Assembly: GCA_052055015.1 (NCBI GenBank)
Contig: JBQJIT010000068.1
Source of the DNA: Malassezia furfur
Lineage: Eukaryota
Length of the DNA: 36,016 nucleotides
Strand: one strand, 5' to 3'
In this document: piece by piece, positions 1-9,430 of the stretch
Layout of the letters: each line of letters opens with the position of its first letter
How positions within the stretch are numbered: position 1 is the first letter of the stretch
The notes under the pieces: generated by a model
What the model was told of the DNA's origin: nothing
Databases searched by the model: none
Seen by the model: only the letters and a program-made list of their open reading frames with translations
Position numbers and translations under genes: made by a program

Positions 1-443
1 TGTGGGTGCTTGAGGCCCCCCCGGGCGGCTCCGCGCCGGGTGCCGCAGCGCGGCGCGGCGTGCGCGATGTGCCGAGCAGCACGGCGGACGCGCTTGTCGT
101 GCACGAGCGGCACACGGTGCGCGTCTGGGACGTGCACACGGCGCTGGGCCGCGTGGCGTGTGCCGTGCTTGATGCGCTGCGCCAGGTGCTCGAGGGCCGC
201 GGCGCCCACATGCCTGCAGCGGTGTTGTGGGCGATGGCGACGCACCCCGTCGTGCTGGACGCGCTGGACGTGCGCCAGGCGCCGCCGGTGCGGGCGCTGG
301 GCGTGCGCCTGTTCCGTGCGCTGGCGCAGGCAGACGCCAACCTGGTGTGGGTGGTGGCGCGCGCCGTCGCCGGGGCGGGCGCGCCGACGTTTCTGGCGCG
401 GCGCAATGCGCGCCTCGTGCCGCTGGCCGAGGTCTGGGGATAG
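1..443 (+). CDS. TTI1: 3' end of TEL2-interacting protein 1 (TTT complex subunit), truncated by window edge
   Basis: Open frame to TAG 441-443. The C-terminal LDALDVRQAPPVRALGVRLFRALAQADANLVWVV resembles the Tti1 C-terminal segment (L..Q...L...A..LF..L...D.D..W), compared from memory. Confidence 0.6.
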   Translation, partial: WVLEAPPGGSAPGAAARRGVRDVPSSTADALVVHERHTVRVWDVHTALGRVACAVLDALRQVLEGRGAHMPAAVLWAMATHPVVLDALDVRQAPPVRALGVRLFRALAQADANLVWVVARAVAGAGAPTFLARRNARLVPLAEVWG

Positions 444-459
444 CTTGGGCGTATGTACA

Positions 460-3063
460 CTACAGCGTAAACAAAAAACGCAGGTCGTCGACCGACAGGC
501 GCCCCATCGCGGCGTCGTCGTTGCCGATGGCGGCCTCGATCATCGCGCTCTTCTTGTTCTGCAGCTCGATGATGCGGCTTTCGATGCTGTTCTCGATGAT
601 CATGCGCTTCACGACGATCGGGCGGTGCTGGCCGAGGCGGTGGATGCGGTCCATCGCCTGCACCTCCACCGCCGGGTTCCACCACGGGTCCATGAGGTAG
701 ACGCGCGACGCCTCGGTGAGGTTGAGCGCCACGCCGCCGGCCTTGAGCGAGACCAGGAACACGGTCACGCCCGGGTTCTCCATGAAGTGCTTGATCGTGC
801 GGTCGCGCGCCTCGGGGGTCATGTTGCCCTCGAGGCGGCAGATGCGGAAGCCCGCGCGCTGCAGCCGGAAGGCGATCAGGTCGAGGAAGTTGACAAACTG
901 CGAAAACACCAGCGACTTGACCGAGCGGTCCGGCAGCTCGCGCAGCAGCGTGAGCTCCTCGACGAGCGCCTCGATCTTCGTCGAGGAGCGCCAGCGCGAC
1001 AGGTCGAGGCGCGACAGGATGCCCTGGCGCTGCGTCTCGCCCGGGACGGGCGCCGGCGGCTCGAGCGCGGGCTGCTCGAGGTCGATCGAGAGCACCGCAT
1101 GGCAGTACGGACAGTCGGGCGTGACGTCCGCGCGGCGCGCCGTCTCGTCTGGGTCGCCCTCGACGCTTTCGACGTACTGCCGGATGCACGCGCGGCAGAA
1201 CACGTGGTGGCAGCGCGAGCGGATGGCGTCCTCGGCCTCCTCGGTGCACAGCTTGCACACGTTCACCTCCTCGCTCTCGACGAGCCCTGCGCGCGCGCCC
1301 GTGTTGGAGCGCAGCACAAGGTCCGGGTGGTTGGCCATCTGGCGCATGCGCGTGAGCAGCGAGAAAATGTTGGAGTAGTTGTTCAGCACGGTGCCCTGGT
1401 CGAGGTAGGTGGAGAACTTGCGCGTGGTGCTCGTGTACAAGCTCTGGTACAGCTCCTCCTCCTCGTCGTTGAACGTGTCGCGGCGCACTTGCACCGTGCG
1501 CGGCGGCAGCCCCATGTCGTCTGCGCGCTCGAGCTTGGTCCGGCGCAGCATGATGCGGTCGAGCAGCAGGCGCAGGTGCACAAACGCGTCGCGCCCATCG
1601 CCCTCCTCCGTACCGTCGCGCTGGATGGGGCGCAAGATAAAAAAGTTCCAGAAGCTGATGTGCGACATGGGCTTGTGCCCGCAGCCGTCGCACCGCCGGT
1701 TCCCGGTGAAGCGCCACTGGTGCGACTTGCACTCACACTCGCGGCAGAAGTAGTAGGAAAACGGGTCGCCGCCGAGGAAGCGGATCATCGAGTACAGCTC
1801 GCCGACGCGGTTCTGCAGCGGCGTGCCGCTCAGACACCAGTGGAAGTCGCTGCGCAGCGCAAACGCGCTCTTCGCCGTGTTGGTCGTGCGCTCCTTGATG
1901 TGGTGCGCCTCGTCCAGAATCACGCGGCGCCACGCGATCCCGTGGATCAGGCTCGGCTCCGTGACGCGCCGCCCGCGGCGCTGGAAGCCATGGTGCATCT
2001 TGCGGTACGCATTCTCGAGCACCGAGTAGCTCGTCATCACCACGTCCGCCTCTGCGAGCTGCGCTGCGTCCTGCGTGCGCTGCGCGCCGTGCCACACCAC
2101 CACCTTGAGGTGCGGCGCGTACTTTTGCATCTCGTTGCGCCACTGCAAGATGGCCACGGTCGGCGCCACCACCAAGTTCGGCCGCTGGGGGTCCGCCACG
2201 AGCAGCGACACCATCTGGATCGTCTTGCCCATGCCCATCTCGTCGGCCAGCAGCCCGCCGCGCCACTCGCTGCGCTCCTGCGACTGCAGCCAGTACAGCC
2301 CCTCGCGCTGGAACGGCAGCAGCGACATTGAGATGCCTTCGGGCTGCGGCGCTTGGGGCACCGGCCCTTCGCGCGGGGGGCGCCGCAGGCCGTCCCACAC
2401 TCCGACGAGCTCGGGGTGCACCGCCGCCAGCTGCTGCGTGCGCCGCTCAAACAGCGAGAGCTTCGGCTTCGCAGGCTTCTTTTTCCGGCGCTGCGCGCGC
2501 AGGTCGCGCAGCTGCTTGTGCGCCAGCGGCTCGTCGTCGTCGCTGCTGTCGCTCGTCGTCGCACCCCCATCCGTGAATGCGGCGTCGCTCTCGTCCGCGG
2601 GCAGCGGCAGCACGTCGACCTCAACGTTCTCGGCCTTGGGGTCACGACGCCCAGCCGCTCGCGGCGTCGCACTCGCACTGCGCTGCGCGCGCGCGGACGG
2701 TGGCGACGGCGTTCCGAGGACGACGCCCCAGTCCTGCTTGGCATCGACCACGTCGTCGTCGCTCGTCACCGACTGCGCGCCGTTCGGCTCCTCGTAGAGC
2801 GACTCATCCTCCGACACGCTCGGCACGTCCGAAATGGTCGCCTCGGAGTCGTCCTCGTCTTTGAGCGGCGCCCGCGCCGCGTCGGTGCGCGCGCGCTTCG
2901 CCGGTGGCGTCGGCGGCACGTCAGACAGGTCGTCGTCGGACTCGTACTTGAGCGCACCGCCGCGGCGCACATCGGGCTTGCGCTCCAGCTCAGCGGCGAC
3001 CTCGGCGTCGGACGCATCCGCCGCCTGTCCGTGCGCCGCAGCACGGGCCGATCGGCGACGCAT
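460..3063 (-). CDS. RAD16: Rad16 SNF2-family ATPase with RING finger (global-genome nucleotide excision repair)
   Basis: Intronless 867 aa ORF. Motifs GGLLADEMGMGKT, ILDEAHHIK and LSGTPLQNRVGELYS; Rad16-type Cys insert (YFCRECEC...CDGCGH); C3HC4 RING (CKLC..CHHVFCRAC..CPYC); HelicC QAMDRIHRLGQ. Confidence 0.95.
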   Translation of the reverse strand: MRRRSARAAAHGQAADASDAEVAAELERKPDVRRGGALKYESDDDLSDVPPTPPAKRARTDAARAPLKDEDDSEATISDVPSVSEDESLYEEPNGAQSVTSDDDVVDAKQDWGVVLGTPSPPSARAQRSASATPRAAGRRDPKAENVEVDVLPLPADESDAAFTDGGATTSDSSDDDEPLAHKQLRDLRAQRRKKKPAKPKLSLFERRTQQLAAVHPELVGVWDGLRRPPREGPVPQAPQPEGISMSLLPFQREGLYWLQSQERSEWRGGLLADEMGMGKTIQMVSLLVADPQRPNLVVAPTVAILQWRNEMQKYAPHLKVVVWHGAQRTQDAAQLAEADVVMTSYSVLENAYRKMHHGFQRRGRRVTEPSLIHGIAWRRVILDEAHHIKERTTNTAKSAFALRSDFHWCLSGTPLQNRVGELYSMIRFLGGDPFSYYFCRECECKSHQWRFTGNRRCDGCGHKPMSHISFWNFFILRPIQRDGTEEGDGRDAFVHLRLLLDRIMLRRTKLERADDMGLPPRTVQVRRDTFNDEEEELYQSLYTSTTRKFSTYLDQGTVLNNYSNIFSLLTRMRQMANHPDLVLRSNTGARAGLVESEEVNVCKLCTEEAEDAIRSRCHHVFCRACIRQYVESVEGDPDETARRADVTPDCPYCHAVLSIDLEQPALEPPAPVPGETQRQGILSRLDLSRWRSSTKIEALVEELTLLRELPDRSVKSLVFSQFVNFLDLIAFRLQRAGFRICRLEGNMTPEARDRTIKHFMENPGVTVFLVSLKAGGVALNLTEASRVYLMDPWWNPAVEVQAMDRIHRLGQHRPIVVKRMIIENSIESRIIELQNKKSAMIEAAIGNDDAAMGRLSVDDLRFLFTL

Positions 3064-3114
3064 GGTCGTGGAAAAAATTCAGCTACGCGGCGCGCTATCA
3101 AAGGGCCTCCACAT

Positions 3115-4708
3115 TCAGCGCCCGCCGTTGAACCGCTTCGACGCACCGTAGTCGTCCGCCTCGGGCGGTCCCCGCTTCTGCCCGCCACGGCCTGCGCGGC
3201 GATCGGACCGCGCACGGTCGCGGTCGCGCCGGCCATGCCGATCGCGGTCGCGGTCGCGGTCGCGGTCACGGTCCCGCCCGCCGCGCGGCGCATCGTCGTA
3301 CGCATACCGCTCGTCGTCGTATCGCGGCGTCGTCTGCCGCCGGTACCGGCGATCACTCTCGCCGTGCGGTGCGGATGCACCATAGTCCAGCGCATCGCCA
3401 GGACCCGCCTCGCTGTCCCGGTCGTTGTAGTACTCGCGCCGCGTCGCCGTAGGATGCAGCTCGGGCGCATATGCATCATCGTCGGGCGGCGGCGATCGGT
3501 CGTCTGCGCCCATACGCCCGTTCCGCCGCGACGCGTTTCCAGAGCGCGGCGCACTGCGGGTGTCGCGTCCGCCCCGACGAGAGCGCGCACCGTGCGCATC
3601 GCCGTCGTCGGGCTCGTGGCCGCTCCGTGCATCGTCCGCCGGCGGCACACCCCCAGGTGCGGCTGGCGGCGGCGCTGCACCGGCCGCCCAGGGCGGCACA
3701 TCCTGGCTCTCGGGCGGCGGCATGCCCATCATCGGCATGGCGTCGGACGGCGCACCTTGGGGTGCCCCCGGCGGCATCATCATCGGCCATTGCATCCCAG
3801 GCATTCCCATCATGCCCGGCGCAAACATTGCAGTCAGGTTCGCCATAGGGTTTTGTGCATCGCCCGATGCGCCCGGCGCGAATCCAGACTCGGCGCCGGC
3901 TTCGCCCTCGTTCGTAGCTTGCAGTGTGTTGGCAAACTCGGCCCGCGCCTGGCCCATGCGGTTCTTTTGCGCACACCACATCGCCCACGTTGCCTCATCA
4001 AACCCGTAGTTGAACCAGTCGCTCAGGTTGGCACCCGGCCGACGCCAGGGCTTTTCGGGCAGCGAATCGATGTCCACTTGGTATATGTTGAGTTTCGAGC
4101 TCGTATCGTCGTCAGTCTCGTAGATGGCATCCGTCGGCGGGTATTGCAGGGCCTCTGGCTTCGGCGACAACACCAACTCCGGCGCTGTAATGCCGGCCGT
4201 TGCCGGGGGGCCTTCGGGCTCGTCCGCATCCCCGGCCGCTGTCGAGACTGCGGGCTTCGCGGCCGGCGCCGGCGCCGGCGCAGAAGCGGGCACACTTGTG
4301 ACTGGTGCGGCTTGCGATGGCAGTGGTTCTGCTGCAGGACCGGGTACCGCAGGCACAGACGGCACGTCGTCGCCCGCCGGTGCATTCGTCGGCGCCTGGG
4401 TCGCAGGTGTCTCGGTCGCAGCTTTGCTGGGGCTCTTGATAGGCACGGGGGTAGGCGCATACGTTGCTGAGCGCGACGGGGGTACCGCAGGCGCATTCGG
4501 GTCGATAATGAACTCGATATCCTGTGGTCAGAAGAAAGGCACATACCGAATCGTCGCTGTCTTCCTCTTCGTCGTCGTCTGATGCGGGACCTTCGGGCGC
4601 CGCAGCAGGCACAGGGGCGCTCGGCGCTGCTGGCTGCTCCGTTGGAGCAGGTGCCGCAGGCGCAGCAGGGGCCTCGTCCCCGTACAGGAACGCGTCGTCG
4701 TCGTCCAT
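3115..4708 (-). CDS. FIP1: Pre-mRNA polyadenylation factor Fip1
   Basis: Exons 4708-4547 and 4521-3115 (25-nt intron 4522-4546). Acidic N-terminus MDDDDAFLYG...DDSDIEFIID, Fip1 motif EKPWRRPGANLSDWFNYGFDEATW, C-terminal RD dipeptide repeat. Confidence 0.93.
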
Positions 4709-4822
4709 CGCGTCTGGACCACGGCGATTCGGGGATCGAACTGGGAAGTATGCACACGAAAAGGCCGCGGGGCAAACCCCAGCGTGGCTGCAACGCCTCC
4801 TTACCTCCACGACCGTTCAGCC

Positions 4823-5267
4823 ATGACATCCGCAGCGGCCGGTCGCTTCAGCTCTTTCTGGAACGGGCCGACGGGTCCCAAGACGGGTATGTTGGATACC
4901 GCGTGCGTGCTTATCCAGTGTTCTTTTGGGCGCCTGCGATGAAGTGGGGCATTGTCCTGGCCGGGATCAACGACCTCTTCCGCCCGGCCGACCAGATCTC
5001 GGTCGCTCAGAACACGGCGCTTGCGCTCACCGGATCGATCTGGGTCCGGTATGTGCGTGCGTACTGACACAGCTATTGCTTCGTGATCACCCCGGTGAAC
5101 TACTCGCTTGCGGCTGTCAACTTCTTTGTCGGTTCGACCGGACTGGTGCAGCTGGCTCGCGTGGCTCAGTATGTGGGATATGCTCACACAGTTACCGTTA
5201 TACGCACCCTGAGGCGGCCGCAAAGCCCGCTGCTGTTGCGCCTTCGCCCGACACCAAACCGCACTGA
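4823..5267 (+). CDS. MPC2: Mitochondrial pyruvate carrier subunit 2
   Basis: Exons 4823-4886, 4919-5048, 5073-5168, 5192-5267 (introns 32, 24, 23 nt) give 121 aa with GPKTVFFWAPAMKWG...ALTGSIWVRYCFVITPVNYSLAAVNFF. Confidence 0.92.
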
Positions 5268-5535
5268 GGGAAGGCGGGTGCGGGCAGACCCTGTAGGATT
5301 GTATGTGCCAACCGAGGAAACGATACGCATGTTTCGCGCGCGCGACATAGGCACCGTGATTCATATCACCCTGTGTAGCGTACAGCACGACTCCGTGCTA
5401 TGTCGCTACGTCCGCCGCGTCCGCCGCGTCCGTTCACTGTACGCTGCAGCGCTGCGTCCCCGTCACGATCACGTGGGGAGCCTAGTGCGGCGGCGCGTGG
5501 AAGCTCGCACGAGCCGTACCATTCAATCAATCATC

Positions 5536-6311
5536 ATGGCCTCTTCGTTTCGGCAGACGGGCCGCAAAATCGTTGCGTATGTTTCGTGCATTCACACAGG
5601 ATCGGCCGCAACTTTGCTGACCATGCAAAAGAACTGAACAATGCGGTGCCGACGGAGCCGTTCTTCTTTCTGAAGCCGACGTCCAGCTACATTGGCTCTG
5701 GCGACGCGATTGAAATCCCGCGCGGCGTCGTGGCGCACCATGAGGGTAGGTGTATGGCTTATGGCAGTGGAGCTGGCCGTGGTCCTCGGGCAAAAAGCGC
5801 GCGATATCAAGGCATCGCAGGCCAACGACTACATCGGTGGTTATGGTACGTGGACATCATTCATTCAGCGCTCGCAATCGATATGACCGCACGGAATGTG
5901 CAGGATAAGGCGAAGAAGGCCGGACTGCCGTGGTCAACCGCCAAGGGATTTGACACCTTCACGCCGATCAGTGCATTTGTGCCGAAAGACGCGATTGCTG
6001 ACCCGAGCAACGTGAACCTCTGGCTCAAGGTCAACGACGAACTCAGGCAGAACGGAAACACGCAGGACATGATCTTTGACATCCCTGCCTTGCTGGCCCA
6101 CGTTTCGTCTATCATGACCCTGGATGTGGGTGACGTGATTTTGACCGGTACGTTGCTCCTTCTGACGCAAGGCACACCCAAGGGCGTTAGCCAAATCAAC
6201 CCTGGCGACCACGTCACCGCCGGGATGCAGCTGCCCGGCTCATCCAAGATCCTGGCCGAGCTCAAGCTGCGTGCTATGCAACGCGAAGGAGGCTTTGTTT
6301 TCCAGGGATAA
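5536..6311 (+). CDS. FAHD1: Fumarylacetoacetate hydrolase family protein (FAHD1/Fmp41-like acylpyruvase / oxaloacetate decarboxylase)
   Basis: Exons 5536-5576, 5600-5745, 5768-5845, 5869-6147, 6172-6311 (introns 23, 22, 23, 24 nt) give KIVAIGRNFADH, FFLKPTSS, HHEVEL, DMTARNVQ, KGFDTF and GDVILTGTPKGV. An upstream in-frame ATG exists at 5329. Confidence 0.92.
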
Positions 6312-6343
6312 TAACGAATACTATACAACTAGGTCATACTAGG

Positions 6344-6963
6344 TTATGCAGCAGATGACTGGCGCTGAAGTTAGTATAGGCTTGCATACCTGCTCCAATG
6401 CAGCCACCTTTTCGGCGAGCCGCTTGCGCTCCGTGCGGAGCTTCTCGAGGGTCCGGCGCTGCTCCTCAATCTCGGTCTGTGTCACGAGCGCAGCGACAGA
6501 CGGTGAGGACCGCGACGAGTCGCCAAGCACTCCCTGAGCTCCTGACCGTGCCTCAAGCTGCGCAAGCTCTTGTGTGGCCTGGTTGCGCAGCGTACGCGCG
6601 TGCCGCTCGTCATTGGTAAGCGCGTCCTCAGCGCGTACGATCAATTCACGCAGTAGCGGTGCAATTTCGGCGGCAACATGATCGCGTGCTTGCCGCACAT
6701 CGCGCTCCGACACGAGGTCAAAGTGCTGTTTTGTCAGTGGGTATGCACATACGCGTTGGCTCGCCATAGCGGTGCGTAGCCGATCAAAGTCGCCCGTGTG
6801 GTGCGCCAGAATTTGGTTGGTTTCGGCGACCTGCGTGAGGCCAGAAACGTACGATATCACATGAGGCTCGCACACTTTCGATGCATGCATGGATGCTGTT
6901 GAGCTGATGTACACTGGCCGCGGGGTTCCCGTACAGCGACTGTCGCGGCGGCATTCGCGCCAT
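6344..6963 (-). CDS. SPC19: DASH/Dam1 kinetochore complex subunit Spc19
   Basis: Exons 6963-6853, 6830-6753, 6725-6390, 6364-6344 (introns 22, 27, 25 nt), 181 aa. DFDRLRTAMASQRHFDLVSERDVRQARDHVAAEIAPLLRELI plus a C-terminal coiled coil (LEKLRTERKRL) match the Spc19 pattern. Confidence 0.8.
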
Positions 6964-7016
6964 GGTGGAGTCGCGTCGCGCCGGTGGAGGACAACACGGA
7001 TCGGCCGAACGCGTCC

Positions 7017-7571
7017 ATGGACTTGGTGTCCGTGCTCGGCACGGCGGTCGGAAGCAACGCATGGACGGCGCTGCTGGGCGCGGATGCTGACTCGTTGGAG
7101 CTGCGCACATACCCCGACACACACTATTACAATGCCCGTACGCGCGGCGTCAGTTTCCAGGTCAATCCGGAGACATCGCGTGTCGTAACCATTGACGTGT
7201 ACAACGCGCAACCACGGTGGGGAACCTACACTTCCTATCCGATTGCGATTCACTACTGGGCGGACGACACGCACGAGCGTCACCTCGACATTACGCCGAC
7301 GACCAAAGCGATCGATCTCGTCCAGGCGCTCGGTGAGCCGTCGCGCAAAGGCGGCGCCGAAGCGGGTGGTCCCACGGCGCGCGCGCTGGGCCCAGCGATG
7401 TGGACCGAGTGGGCCTTGTCCGTCGATGTACCTGCTGTCGGGCGCACGACACTTTACCTTTTGGCCGAGTATGCGGGCGAGGCTGCGCGCGCGCGCGACC
7501 GATGGGAGCCCGGCCGGGGCAGCGAGGCGACGTGGGCGACGCTGGCCCTATCTCTAGTACCCCCACCATAG
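7017..7571 (+). CDS. Conserved fungal hypothetical protein (184 aa)
   Basis: Intronless ORF from ATG 7017 with globular composition. Motifs ELRTYPDTHYYN...GVSF and LVQALGEPSRKGG...WTEW resemble an uncharacterised basidiomycete family (recollection only). Confidence 0.75.
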   Translation: MDLVSVLGTAVGSNAWTALLGADADSLELRTYPDTHYYNARTRGVSFQVNPETSRVVTIDVYNAQPRWGTYTSYPIAIHYWADDTHERHLDITPTTKAIDLVQALGEPSRKGGAEAGGPTARALGPAMWTEWALSVDVPAVGRTTLYLLAEYAGEAARARDRWEPGRGSEATWATLALSLVPPP

Positions 7572-7756
7572 CGAGCATGTGAAGAATTGCACATCCTCTC
7601 GCGACTACGAAAGAGCTCGATCTACTCGCGCTTCTCCTAGCCGACAATTAACGGACCAGAGCATGCGACTTACTCGGATCTGCATTACAGTGACAATTGA
7701 TTAGAAAGGCGATATGGAGCAAGTTTCAAAAAGACATGAGTTGGGCACCCAGAAAA

Positions 7757-8875
7757 TTACTGCGACCAGGGGGCACCGCCGGTGTAGGTCTCACCCTCAA
7801 CCGAGCGCTGGTTGGTGCCGAGGTTCAGCAGGCCAGCGTCCTCGACCGAGCGGGTCTCGCTGGTGAGCACACCGCCACCCTTCACGAAGTCCTCCTTGCG
7901 GATCGGCTGGTGAGCAGTCGACTCGTGCACAATGGGGGCCTCGTGGGTGATCTGAGTGGTCGGGACCGTGGTGCGGATACGGTGGTACTCGTACACGTCC
8001 TTCTCAATGATCGGCTGGACGATGTTGTGGATGTGGTGGTGCACAATCTCACGGACAGTCTCGCCCTTGTCAATCACCGAGCGCTCAATGGGAGCCTGGG
8101 TGTAGGTGTCCTTGGGGGTGCCAGCGACCGAGCGGAGCAGGGCAGCGTCCTTGTCGGTGTTGGCGTGCACCTCACGGATGGTGGTGGCAGGCACCACACG
8201 GGTGTGCAGCTGCTCAGCAAGGTGGACCTGGTCGAGCACGGGCTGCACGTGGTGCTGGATGTGGTGCTGGTGGATGTGGTGCTCACGCTCGCGGTGGAGC
8301 TCCTCAATCTCCTGGCGGTGGAGGGTCTCGCGGGTGACCGGGGCGAGGTGCTGCACGTCCTGGTCGACGTTGCCAGCAGCCACGTTGACACCCGAGTTGA
8401 CGCTCGAGGTCTGGGTCAGGTTCGAGCTGCGGTTGTAGGCCGACTCCGAGGGCTGCACACCCACGGTCTCGGTCTGCTGCGAGACGGGCACACCGCTGGC
8501 GACAGCAGTCTTCTCAGTGGCCGACGAGCCAGTGAGACCCGAGGCACCGGTGCCAACAGCGCCGACGCCGCCAGCCGACGAGGCGTCCTTGCCGACCGAC
8601 CAGGGGCCCTGCGAGGCCGACGAGGTGGTCTCCTTGGTGGCCTGCTGGGCACCGTGGTGGTGGTTGCCGAACATGCCGGTGATCTTCTCGCGAGCGTCGC
8701 CGAGGATGCCCTCGCCCTTGTGCTCAGCGCCCTTGGCGCCCTCCTCGCCGCGGTGGAAGATACCGCCAGCGTGCTCCGTCTTGGAGGTAGCACCCTGGGT
8801 GGTCTCGCCGATCTTGTTGCCGGCCTCACCCTCAGCCTTGTCGGTGTTGAAAACCTTCTTAATAACGTTGGACAT
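7757..8875 (-). CDS. His-rich hydrophilic protein of the fungal family often annotated 'allergen'
   Basis: Intronless 372 aa ORF with strong C/G-ending codon bias and an upstream TATA box. G/E/K/T-rich N-terminus; His-rich blocks REHHIHQHHIQHHVQPV and EIVHHHIHNIVQPIIEK. Confidence 0.8.
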   Translation of the reverse strand: MSNVIKKVFNTDKAEGEAGNKIGETTQGATSKTEHAGGIFHRGEEGAKGAEHKGEGILGDAREKITGMFGNHHHGAQQATKETTSSASQGPWSVGKDASSAGGVGAVGTGASGLTGSSATEKTAVASGVPVSQQTETVGVQPSESAYNRSSNLTQTSSVNSGVNVAAGNVDQDVQHLAPVTRETLHRQEIEELHREREHHIHQHHIQHHVQPVLDQVHLAEQLHTRVVPATTIREVHANTDKDAALLRSVAGTPKDTYTQAPIERSVIDKGETVREIVHHHIHNIVQPIIEKDVYEYHRIRTTVPTTQITHEAPIVHESTAHQPIRKEDFVKGGGVLTSETRSVEDAGLLNLGTNQRSVEGETYTGGAPWSQ

Positions 8876-8922
8876 GGTTCTTTAGTTCGATGTGGGAGAA
8901 GAGGCCGGGCCCGCCCCGGGCC

Positions 8923-8931
8923 TTTTATATA
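8923..8931 (-). promoter_or_regulatory. TATA box (TATATAAAA) of the His-rich allergen-type gene
   Basis: Reverse-strand TATATAAAA about 50 nt upstream of ATG 8875, embedded in very GC-rich sequence. Confidence 0.75.
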
Positions 8932-9430
8932 GGGCTACCGACCATTTCGGGACATCCCTGCATGGGCGCCTGCGCGGGCCCGAGCGTTCCGCTCGCGTTC
9001 CGCGCGGGTCCAATCGCGTTCGCGCGCAACGAGTGACGTGGAGTGGACGAAACAGTGTGGAATTTAGACGCCTAGCCAAGGAGAATCGGGCTAATCCGAA
9101 AACCGAGCCAATCAGAACGTGTACAGGATGTACGTTCGCGGCAAAATTGCACTGGCGGTGCAGCTATCGTCATACACCGCAGATTGCGCACGATCCTGCT
9201 GCACAAGCGATCCGCCTGCCGCTGACCCAGACGCAGTATGACCGCGTTCGGCAGCCCTGACTATCCACGCCCTACCAGCATGGTCGGACCCGCCGCCGAC
9301 GTATCGCGGAGATTTCGTCGAGACTCTTGAGTATGCGTGCCTGAATGGGTACAACGCGTTAGGGTTTTGTGTCCGTCGAGTCGCATGCAGGCGTGCGGAG
9401 GGCGAGCGAAGCGGGGACTCGGTACGCGGC

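Noticed and set aside
3210..3275. GGTCGC tandem repeat
   Set aside because: Encodes the ordinary RD-dipeptide tail of Fip1; not a CRISPR array or mobile repeat.
10..4470. Long plus-strand ORFs 10-2331 and 2353-4470
   Set aside because: Antisense shadows of RAD16 and FIP1 in very GC-rich DNA; R/V/A-rich non-protein-like composition.
7697..8932. 411-aa plus-strand ORF opposite the His-rich gene
   Set aside because: Antisense mirror caused by strong codon bias; the TATA box and start context support the minus-strand gene.
9358..9368. Single GTTAGGGTTTT telomere-like motif, considered as a telomerase RNA template or an RNase P/MRP RNA next to RPP1
   Set aside because: Only one copy, lying in the probable RPP1 3' UTR. 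I could not find RNase P/MRP conserved regions or telomerase RNA structure by eye; an Infernal/Rfam scan would settle it.
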